Source: Marsupella aquatica
Lineage: Eukaryota > Plantae > Marchantiophyta
Reading direction: 5' to 3'
Assembly (NCBI GenBank): GCA_973895155.1
Contig: OZ316895.1
Coordinates: 15,320,816 to 15,384,815, forward strand
DNA length: 64,000 nucleotides
Below the pieces are notes generated by a model. It had not been told where the DNA came from, ran no database searches, and saw only the letters and a list, made by a program, of their open reading frames with translations. Below, piece after piece: positions 12,101 through 22,892 of this stretch; the first letter of the stretch is position 1; each line of letters starts with the position of its first letter. The position numbers and the translations under genes are program-made.

Positions 12101-13779
12101 GTGAAGAGACAAAACATTATCATCCATGCTCACTTGTTTTGTTGTCTAGATACATAATAGGGCGTCTCAAGCTAACCATATGATGCACCTTAATTCCCTA
12201 GTTAAAGTGTCCAAAAAATTCCTAGCCCATAATATTTTGCCATAAGGATTGGTCTTATGCCATTACCATCAGCCACACTCTAGGGGAGCACACTTAGAGG
12301 CTGCTGACCAGAAAAAAACCAAGAAAACTTTTAGATAATTGTGAAAAAGTTATGTTCCTTTATGGCCAAATGCCATCATCCATAACCCAAAGCTTTGATA
12401 AGTCCTAGTATCCCATACTTCTTTCCATGGACATTAATTTGGTGGGCCCTAAGGATCACAGTCTAGAGACTTCACTCTAGAATAGTAGGCTCACAATATA
12501 TTAGTAAGATTGACACTAAATATGTTTGAATTTACAGTGTTGACACTCTTTTTTTGTTGTATTTACAATTATAACACAGTTTTGTACATATGTGATAAGT
12601 TCACCCATGTAATGAGGGGGGAAAATGTGGTAGTGTTGTCAATAAGAACATCTATGGTGACAAAGTACTTGAAAGTTGTTTTTCTTTTTTGCCGGTATGG
12701 CAAAGGTCACCTTGTGTGACAAGAAGATGCTAGGAATATTCTTTATCTAATTTGTCATATCAAGATTTGACCGTCAGATGTCCCTAGATTTAAAGATTAT
12801 TCTTAGATTTTGGCTAAATGTGGTCTGTGTCTAGGTGAGAAACTAGCTCGTAGGAAGCAGAAATCCTAGCAATTTTTTGCCAGAAGTGCATAAGAGTTTT
12901 TGGGGTTTACGGGATTTGGCCACTAAAGAAACAGCTCCCCTAGTCGTGAACAGAAAAGTGCTTATCATCATTCCCGTCATCATTCACTGCATAAAATAAT
13001 GGCCTTCATATAAATATTAGAATGTCCTATCTTGGCAAAGTAATTTTTTGGTGTCCATTAGTCCTGCTATTCAATGTTTTGGGGTATTGTGCATGGCCAA
13101 TGCCCGGACCAATGGCTTTTGTTATTGGGCACTACCCATGGCTCAAAGGTGAATGTCTTCACAATTCCAAATGCTACCCACAGAGTGCAGATTTACACAA
13201 GTGCCTATTTTGAATTTTGTCATCGCATCAAGCATAACCAATGGTAGCAGGCTTTGTTGTGGCAAGTGATGTTACTAATTTAAGCCTTATAGCTCAACTA
13301 GCTTCTGCAAAAACCCACATCCCAAATTGGGGTTCACCAAAGCTAGTTGCATAAAAAAAACTTGACACTTTGAAAATTTGAAGTTCACTCTCTATCACCT
13401 ATATGGAAAAGGGCAGGGCATCTAGCATTTAAGAGTGAGACTTAAGAGGTTTTAATACATGAGTTCTCTTGGAGTGACATGGATTAAAGGGTTCCTCCAA
13501 AGGCCAAATATCAACAGCCAAAGAGATGAGTGGGCCCTTGTGGTTGATGGCTAGGGCTGACTTGTGACCAATTCATCTTAAGTTAAATCCCCTCATAGAA
13601 TAGGTTTTATTCCAGCTTATTAATTAGTTTGTAGATGATTTGGTTCCCTTGCTTGACCCTCCTATGTAGTTCACACGGGAGCATTATTGTCAGACGTTTT
13701 TTTGCCTTGAAAACCGAAAGCAGGCCCATCCAACATAAGATAGACGTCCTGCTTTGGAACATGCATTTCTATGGAGGGT

Positions 13780-14050
13780 AGCCACAAGGGGACAATACCC
13801 AGGGATCCTATGTAGGGTAACCACAAGTGAACAATACCCAGGGGTCCGACAGGACCCAGACCAGAAGGGAAAGGATTAAACCAGAACCCCAAAGAGGACA
13901 GGGCCGAGGGGATAATCAATACTCCCACCACTACACCTCATCCACACACACACACACACACATACCCCTTGCTTGTGGAGAGAGAGTATTGAACTTGGGA
14001 CCTCTGGGTTCTAGGCTCTTCCTCTGGCCAGTTGGTTATTACCAAGGGAC
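13780..14050 (-). mobile_element. Probable tRNA-derived SINE-like element (family B), boundaries uncertain
   Basis: Minus-strand head GTCCCTTGGTAATAACCAACTGGCCAGAGG...CCCAGAGGTCCCAAGTTCAATAC has A-box-like and B-box-like motifs, followed by (TG)n and a short internal repeat. No TSD found. Confidence 0.45.
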
Positions 14051-14174
14051 TCTTCACTTTGCCCTTAGGTACTTTGGGGCATTGGTTTCTGTGTCCACTC
14101 TACTCTAGTTCCTTTGTTAGCCTTCTCCATGGCTTTTTTGACCCTTTGGTTGTTCCCCCTTGATTGAGGCTGCT

Positions 14175-14282
14175 CTCTTTCAACGTCCAGTTGAGAAAGG
14201 AATTAGATTTGTTTGCTTCTTTCGTGCACTGTTTCAACCTTTCTGGACTGAAGACACGACATGACAACGTCGATGTTGTGGC
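14175..14282. repeat. 108-bp direct repeat, copy 1 (upstream of AGT2)
   Basis: Matches 22525-22642 with 5 substitutions and one 10-bp duplication. Confidence 0.95.
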
Positions 14283-14883
14283 CATTCGAGAGAATCAGTC
14301 AATCTGAGTAAAGTGTCAGCAGTGTGTGTGTGGATCCGAGCTTCACTTCTCGTGAAACAAACTTGATCCGAGCAATTGTTCAGAAAGCGAGCAAACTATT
14401 CTCGACTGACCATCGTCTTCCACTCCAATTCTGTCCGGCACCAGACCCACCCACCTTCCCAGCTCTCCTCAGTTCAGCTCTGTTCTCTCGGGCCCACATT
14501 CGCTACACCGTGCATTTGGTGAGGAACTATGGAAATTGCCCAAAATTATGTTTAGGCCAAAATGCCCCATGATTTGATTTGATCTTCTCTCTGCAATTTC
14601 CCTCTCTCACCCTCTTTCTGCTGTCCCAGACGTTCGACGTTCGACGTTCTCAGTTTGCTTCTCTTTGTCGTAATTGCGGATCGAATTTCGATTCTTCTGA
14701 CTAACTTTCTCCTCTCTTTGTTTCTCGAGTAAGAGAGGTGTGGCTTTGAGTCCTTCCTTGTTGCTTCCCATATTTCTCATTCGTCCTCATTGGCACATCC
14801 TCTCTCTGTCTCATACCGATTCTCTCTCTCTCTTTCTAATGAGTTACTGACGCTCGCTCTCACACGCATTCTGTTCAGAAAGC

Positions 14884-17800
14884 ATGGCTGCATTTTGGTG
14901 CAGGACAGGAAGGCAATGGAGCTCCGCAGCTGCTGCATCTGTGTCTCCATTCTGCCGCTCTGCCTTATGGAGCGGTGTTGGGTTTAATCGGACGCTTTCG
15001 AGCCTAGTGGCTGAGGCAGCTACTCAAAGTGCAGACTCTGGTCTTCCCCAGATCCCTCCCTTCGATTACAGTCCACAACCATACAACGGCCCGTCTGCAG
15101 AGGAAGTTTTGGCGAAACGCAAGGAGTTCCTCAATCCAGCTCTGTTCTACTACTACAAGAAGCCTGTAAGGAGTTCGTACCTCTGACATTGCTGTAATGT
15201 TCTCTTTCCGAAATGTCGTTGTCTTTTTGTTTTGGAGCACGCATTGTCTCAGCTTAGCTCATGAACTCGATTCTAGATAATCTCCAAACTATATGGAGAT
15301 TTCCTGGACACAGCGCTGTCCTGACACTACGATTTCTATCTGTCCGATTTAATGTAAAAGGAAGTTGAATTCTACTAATTTATTGAAGTCTATGTTTTGT
15401 GTGTGCTCATAATGAGGGCCAATGATTGTCATAATGAATTGCATTATGTTTGTACCTGTGATTATCGTCTGTTGCCGAATTCTGGAGAGGCACACCATGT
15501 CATTATTCGTCGTTAGATATTCGAGAGTAATCCCATCTAAATTTTTCATTCTTCGTATTGGATACCTGAGAGGCTTACCATCTCAATTTTCATTACTGTA
15601 GGCATTTTAGGCAGGAAGCAACAGCAAGACCTATAGATTTGTTTCCGTGGTACCTTTCTAATTTCTAGTCATTGGAAAGAGAACGAGTTGAATCCTCTTG
15701 TGTGAATACAGTTCTATTCGATGCATATTCGACGCTAATAATGCAGTGTGTTTTAAGATGTTCCCAGTGATATCTCCTTTATTACTCCAAGATCCTGTAC
15801 CCATTGTTATTTTTCCCAGATTTCCTGCACCAAGCTCATATCTGCTTCCTTTTCTTGTCACCAGTTTCCTGTTCTGTCCCGTCCATGTTCATGCAGTTTT
15901 GACGGCGAGGCGTGTAGTTCTTCAATGCAGCTCCCTTGCTAGATCCCGTTAGCTTATCAGGAGAATTTCGATTCTTAATCTTTCGGGACCAAAACGGCAA
16001 AACTTGAAGCTCTTTTGCATGTCGTTCAGGTGAATATTGTGGAGGGGCGAATGCAATATCTCTTTGATGAAAATGGCCGTCGTTACCTGGACGCATTCGC
16101 TGGCATTGTCACTGTGTCTGTCGGACACTGTCATCCACACGTAGTGGACGCTATTGTACGCCAAACAAAATTGTTACAACATACAACCACTATTTACCTA
16201 AATCACGCCATTGGAGACTTTGCTGAGGCCCTTGCAGGGAAAATGCCGGGAGACTTAAAGGTACCGTCCTCTCTCCAAGCGTTCATGATGTCGTCTCTTT
16301 GTTCTCTGATGGCTACTAGTGAAAGCTTGCATTGGGTTTATAATCTGTGCATCACGTCATTTAGATTTCTGTCTACAAAACAAAACAGAGAAGGCACGAA
16401 AGAGGGCACAGTATGTTATGAAAAACTACATTTTACTGCATGTCTTCAAATTATCTCTCAATGCCATCCAGATTCAATGTTTCTCCTGTCCTATTAGTCA
16501 CTGGTCTGCCAAAGTCTGCACGGTTGTTTTGAAGGCAGAAGGTTAATTGTAATTGCTCTCATCCTTTCTGAGTTTGTCCACGAGCAGGACAGGCTATGGT
16601 TTCGAACTCTGGTCTCAGATGGGTAAGTAGTAAAAGATGCCCTGAGAAATCTTGACAAGAGATATAGGTACTGGTATGACAACTGCAGGTGGTCTACTTC
16701 GTTAATTCGGGTTCTGAGGCAAATGACATGGCAATGCTGATGGCAAGGCTGTACACTGGCAATTATGACATTATTGCTTTGAGAAATGCCTACCATGGCA
16801 TGAGCCCTGCAACAATGGGTCTTACTGCTCACAACACTTGGAAATATAATGTTGCACAGGTACGTCACAAGTATTTCTATATTTGTTTAATTGCAAAATC
16901 CCTTGATCGGCATGTCTGTAGATCCATGATGTACATTCCTACTAATACCAAGACAGGTCAGATCTCTATAGCACTCAACTATTGGATGTACTGTATAGGT
17001 GTATGTCAAATAACGCTTTCAAAGGTTACGGGTGAAGGGGTACCGTTAAAACTGGATGTGGTTGCATGTTAGTGGTGCAGGGATTCGGGGTACATCATGC
17101 TTTGAATCCTGATCCTTATAGAGGCCACTTTGGTGCTGACGGCAAGAAATATGCAGAGGATATCAAAGGCCTGATCGAATCTTCTACTCCTGGAGGTGTT
17201 GCAGGCTTTTTCGCTGAAACGATCCAGGTGATTGCCATTTCCTCGCGATTCAGTTTGCTATGACATGTTGCTTCTGGAATTCAAGCAGGTTTCGTTATCA
17301 CGGTTAACATTTGAAAGTGCTTCGTGATAGGGTGTTGGAGGAGCAGTTGAGCTAGCTCCAGGATACCTTCCTGCTGCTTACGAGCATGTGCGAAAGGCTG
17401 GCGGTATCTGCATTGCTGATGAAGTTCAAACAGGGTTTGGTCGAACTGGAGACCATTATTGGGGATTCCAAACCCAGGGAGTCATGCCTGATATTGTGAC
17501 GTTAGCCAAGGTTCTCACTGCTCCTGACGAATCTTTTATCTGTGCATTACCTCCCTGCTTCCCTTTTTGTGCCTTCTTGATAATAATGGTCAGAATGTCC
17601 ATACAGAAAAGCCTCCCTTTTTCAGGAATTCAAGTAATTTATCTGCTGTGTTGTTCTCCAGATTGGTACCTAAGTGAAAGTACCCAAATCGTTTACGGCT
17701 ACCCTACCTGATGACTTGAAAGGGAATGATTGGAGGAATAAACAGAGTTCCAGAATTGTGTTGTGCATTTTCACCAGTGATCCGCTCCTTAATGCACGAC

Positions 17801-18832
17801 ATGAAATCTCTGAGTGGCAGGGAATAGGAAACGGAGTGCCCTTGGCAGCTGTTGTGACAACACCTGAAATTGCCTCCGTCATGAGCAAACGCTTGCATTT
17901 CAATACTTTTGGTGGCAACCCTGTCTGCTCAGCTGCTGGTCAAGCAGTGCTCGAGGTGTTGGACAAAGAGAAGCGTCAAGAGCATTGTGCTGTGGTGGGA
18001 CCACATCTGCTGAAGCGTTTGCACGCCCTTCAAGAAAAGCATGATAGTACGTCCCGTTGGCCTCCAAACTTGTACTCTCAAGCTTGTTGGAAATATAACC
18101 AACATTTCATGGTCGGAGCACGAATGATTTGCCCTCTGGCTCACTCACATAAGAAACAAAACTTTGCAGTTGTCGTGAACCCTTTCTTGAGGTTGTTACT
18201 AGCTGCTGAAGAAATTATTGCTGGACTGGATTTGAAGGCCTTGTTGCATTTTGCAAGTATTATAACTTTTGAACATCTCATGTCCAGTTGTGAGAATCTC
18301 AATCTGGTAAATTTTCTCTAACTATTACAAGGTGTTTGCATGCAGTTGTAGGGCATGTGAGGGGTAGAGGCCTCATGCTCGGCGTGGAGTTGGTCACTGA
18401 CAGAGCAACCAAGACTCCAGCCAAAGCTGAGACATTGCAACTCTTTGAGACCATCAAAGGTACTGGAATTCGATTTTTCCTCGTTTTATTCATAACCTTA
18501 GTCACTTCCTGCTTTTGAAGAAATTATGTAGCTTAACGCACCCCTGATATAGAGTAACGACACTATGAGGTATGGGAACTATGGCAGATCTTGGAGTCCT
18601 GGTGGGGAAAGGAGGTCTACATGGCAATGTGTTCAGGATAAAGCCACCAATGTGCTTCACCCTTCAGGATGCCGGTAAGCTTCCAGTCACAAGCCATAAT
18701 AATTATCGAGATCGTTTTGAAGAAAGAAATGGAGTTACGACAAAGCTGCAGCACCGTTTTGGTTCTAAACTTTGGCTCGTTACTGCAGATTTTCTGGTTG
18801 ATGTGATGGATCATGCGATGTCAAAGCTATGA
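14884..18832 (+). CDS. AGT2: Alanine:glyoxylate aminotransferase 2 (class III PLP aminotransferase) with N-terminal mitochondrial-type peptide and C-terminal SKL
   Basis: Nine GT-AG exons give [72 protein letters not shown] (PLP lysine), [21 protein letters not shown] and [10 protein letters not shown], ending DHAMSKL*. Confidence 0.96.
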
Positions 18833-21286
18833 GGACACCGTTTGTTGGTGGATGTATCGTGGCATCCACTGTAGGGAAGAAGTTGTTTACAACAGACGAC
18901 TCTATTTGCAAAATCTCAGTAAGCACTGAATGGCCGGAAGATAATCCAGGAATATCATTCCGCATGTGTAGCTACGCCTGGATTCTGGGTCTTCGCGTAC
19001 TGCAGGATCCACCCCCTTTCTCCCTCACAGCTTCTTTTACCGCATTTTTTTGGCCTGCCAGTGAAAATGAAATAAGGAGCAAAATCGATCTGCACGCTGC
19101 AAGTAAACGGATTCAAGCGAGATCAAGGTGTTCGGTAGGAAGCCTGTTTTCACACAAGGGCTAGAGAAATCTTTCCTTACCGTACATTATGAGAAGGCTG
19201 TCTGGCTAGTAGACTTACCTTAGTCTTGAATAGATGCTGGGCCCATCGACCAGGATTCGTGTAATTGCTAGAAATAGTGGGTCTAGACAGCTGGAAGTGA
19301 AAGGTTGTAAAGAACAGACATCCATTTTAAATGTACAAATTCATAACGATGATGTTTTTCCAGATCTGCGCATAAGAGCTAGTAGGAATTTCTGGATGTG
19401 GCCACAGAAGTGATTAATTATGAGAAACGACCACCCTGCAGAGGCTCTTCAACTACTATTCTCTAGCTACCTTCGAGTTATCCAAGTTTATCTTCCAGTG
19501 TGGTGAATCAACCACCATCCCTATGCAACGGTCATCTGCACGAAGCTCGATTGCAGCCGGGTGAAGGTCCTTGCTCATCTGCGCTTAAGGCCTGAACTAG
19601 TTGCCTTGTGCACTAAGCCAGAGAATTGTTGCTCATATCGACAAGAACACAGGAGATTTTCTGCTGCGAGCCACAATTTTCTGCAGGTTCGAGAGCTAGA
19701 CAAGCTGGCCCAAATTCATTCCTGTAGATGCACGTCTATGATTGTTGGCATCGTACCAGCTACACTCCTACTGCTCCTCGTGACATTTGTTTGGACAGGC
19801 GATTTGCTACAGACTATCGAGCATTCTGGCAACTATAAGGTACTATTGTGCGCTAATGTGAACATACGAAAACCATCGTTCACCCGGCCTCCAGAGGATT
19901 AAGATGGACTTGAAAAATGGTTAAAGAAACGGCAAGTTTCATGAAAAACATAGTGGGCAAGTTTCATTTACGCCTAGTGTAATAATAGAGTTTTTTGGTG
20001 CCAGCTGTGACTATCTTGAATTGAGTTGTGAGAATGTTCTACATGACCCCCTTCATGTTCTGTTTCATGAAATGTATGATTTATGTACAAATGTCCTAAG
20101 CTGTTCATGGTCGTAAGGTTTTTTTGTGGATTTTTCCCTACTGAGATTCTGTGCACTTTTGAAATCATTTCTTGGCTGAACTTGGTTCAATAGATGTGAT
20201 GGGGACCCAAAAAATGGCCCAAGATGTATTTGTCTGCAATACTTGTCTGCAATACTTTGTGGGATGGCATGTACACTTGTTGTGACCAGGCCCCACTGAT
20301 TGTCAGGATGACTTACAATGAGTTGAGGGTTAGGGTTTAGGGTTTACTACTACCACAATATTGTCCCACTTTCTTAATGTATTGTCATGTACACCAGCAT
20401 GAAACAAAACGAGATGAGGGGGAGCATTTAATTATTTGCTTCTTTCTAGAGTGCTTAGTGAATCCCTGTTGTTTCTTCCTTCGGAAAAAGAGTCGGCAGT
20501 TGTACAGTAGACGCCTTCTTTTAACAGGATTATTTTTATTCTCTGAAAATAGTCATTGTGAAAATTCATGTTTGTTTAAAAAAAAATTGGGAAGTAGTCA
20601 TAGTGAGAATTTATGTGGTGGCTCCAATGGAAAGAATACAGGTATTTGAAGGGCATGGATAAAAAAAGGGAAGGGGTCATTCAAGGAATCTTTGATCAAC
20701 TAAATATGAGTAAATTTTTTTTAAGGATATTTCTCCTAATCGAGTGTGCCTTGGTGGAAAATTTAACGAGAAGATTATTTAACCTTCTAACATATCAATC
20801 TAAAGCTCTACCCTCTATCTTAACTATGCAAAGCTAGAGTATATGGGTGCGATCAATGTCAAATCCTAAAGCATCTCTCCACGTCTCATTCACATTACAT
20901 CCCATTTTGTTGACCTATACATATGGGGGTACATAAGGATCTGATGTTACTACATGAAGGTGCACCGTTCTTCACAACAATTATTTTGTCCTTTATTTGC
21001 CTTTGCACAAAGGAACTCATTAGCAAGGACCCAAAGCCTGCCACTAAGGTTCATGAGAGAGTACCAAAAAATTCCATGTCTACATCCTTTGAGTCAAGCC
21101 TTGAGCTATCCTGTTGGTCAGAACTATCAGCTCATAACCGTGAGATCTAGGGTTCAAATTCTTATTTCTAACTACAGGATTTTGTGCAATCATGAAAGAT
21201 AAGGGTAGGAAATCGTGAGGGAGACCATGTTCCCTGCTAACAATTTAAACGCAGAGGCAGCTTGTACTAATTGTGTTCAACTCCAC

Positions 21287-21818
21287 TCTATTGTTCCGGC
21301 GTTCCAGGGTGGCCAAATCATGCAACCATGTATTAGTTTCTGCGTAGTCATGGGCAGTTTGGGTATAGTATCTATTATTTCAGGGTTTCCAGGGTGGCCA
21401 AATCATACAACGATGCATTAGTTTCTGCGTAGTCATGGGCAGTTTGGTTATAGTATCTATTGCTCAGGGGTTTCCGGGGTGGCCAAATCATCAACCATGT
21501 ATTAGTTTCTGTGTAGTCATGGGCAGTTTGGGTATAGTATCTATTATTTCAGGGTTTCCGGGGTGGCCAAATCATGCAACCATGTATTAGTTACTGCGTA
21601 GTCATGGGCAGTTTGGGTATAGTATCTATTGTTCCTGGGTTTCTGGGGTGGCCAAATCATCAACCATGTATTAGTTTGTGTGTAGTCATGGGCAGTTTGC
21701 GTATAGTATCTATTGTTTCAGGGTTTCTGGGTATAATATCTATTGTTTCAGGGTTTTTGGGGTGGCCAAATCATGCAACCGTGTATTAGTTTCTGCATAG
21801 TCATGGGCAGTTTGGGTA
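21287..21818. repeat. Minisatellite, ~85-bp unit x~6
   Basis: GGCCAAATCA anchors at about 21311, 21396, 21481, 21566, 21650 and 21764. One unit has an internal ~29-bp duplication. Confidence 0.95.
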
Positions 21819-22046
21819 CAATATATCTTTTTTAAATTCGGTCACGGGCCTGGTTTTTTGGCAGTTTGAAATAAAATAAAATAAACTTGGGGGGGGGGGG
21901 AGGAGGAGGGGGCAAAGGGCAAAGCGAAAGAGAGAAAGAGTCTCCAAAACTGGAGAAGGAAAGAGTTCTTGGTGTGTGAAGCGCTTGCTGTTGCATCTCG
22001 TCCATCGCCATGAGAAGCGAATCGGAGCAGAGGATGGAGAAGGCAA

Positions 22047-22325
22047 GAGTGGCATCTTTGAGTACCCAATTCTCGTAGCTCGGAGCTGCGTACCCACATC
22101 TGGAGCAGCCGAACAAGACCATCTCCCGAGAGCTAAAAAGGAGTGGCATCTTTGGCTCGGCAATTTCTCGCAACTCGAATCTGCGTACCCCCTTCTGGAG
22201 CAGCCCAACAGGACGATCTCCCGAGAGCGAAGAGCAAAAAGAGTGACATCTTGGTCCGCCAACTCTCGGAGCGCAGGTTTCCATAGCATTTTCTGGAGCT
22301 GCCGAACAGGACGATCTCCCGAGGG
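22047..22325. repeat. Degenerate ~94-100-bp tandem repeat x3 (GC-rich)
   Basis: GAGTG(G/A)CATCTT...CTGGAGC.GCC.AACA.GAC.ATCTCCCGAG units start at 22047, 22141 and 22241. Confidence 0.85.
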
Positions 22326-22524
22326 CAACATGCGCAGCTGCAGCAGCAGCAGCGGTTCATCACCTGCATGCCCAGCTGTCGTGGAAGTCATGAATGCCAT
22401 GCACGCCCCCGTCTATTTTGAGACCCACGAGGTTTCCGGCATGATGTTGAAGGTCCCGGCGGAGGGTTTTGATCTATTTGGAAAAGATAGGTCTGCTTGA
22501 AACGCCGGTCGGAGGAGGAATCAG

Positions 22525-22642
22525 CTCTTTCAACGTCCAGTTGAGAAAGGTTGAGAAAGGAATCAGATTTGTTTGCTTGTTTCGTGCACTATTTCAACCT
22601 TCCTGGACTGAAGACACGACATGACAACGTCGACGTTGTGGC
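22525..22642. repeat. 108-bp direct repeat, copy 2 (upstream of ZMAT2)
   Basis: Matches 14175-14282 and contains the perfect 16-bp palindrome ACAACGTCGACGTTGT. Confidence 0.95.
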
Positions 22643-22892
22643 AGGTCGAGACAACTCGGCAAAAGTTTTTCATTCTTGCCCTGGTGTGATTTGGCTCCGC
22701 GGTTCTATGTTATCTAGTTGCACAGCCTTGTCTACATTTGCAAAACAGGGTTTGAGTTCACCACGAGGAAGATCCGTTCACCACGTGAATAACAGTTCAC
22801 AACTAGCCGAGATAAACTGAGTGAAGGCTGTCCGAAGGGCTGTTTCTCCTTCTTTGCCATTTGGTGAACTAATTGGCTGGAGCACACAATCC

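Noticed and set aside
21095-21165. tRNA-Met-like sequence as a real tRNA gene
   Set aside because: Acceptor and D stems do not pair; treated as a SINE-like head.
21287-21818. Regular arrays (also 6509, 11865, 28243) as CRISPR-like loci
   Set aside because: Units are repeated in full with no unique spacers, there are no cas genes, and the context is eukaryotic.
21801-22500. Overlapping 150-199-aa ORFs on both strands
   Set aside because: They arise from GC-rich tandem repeats and show no domain or splice support.
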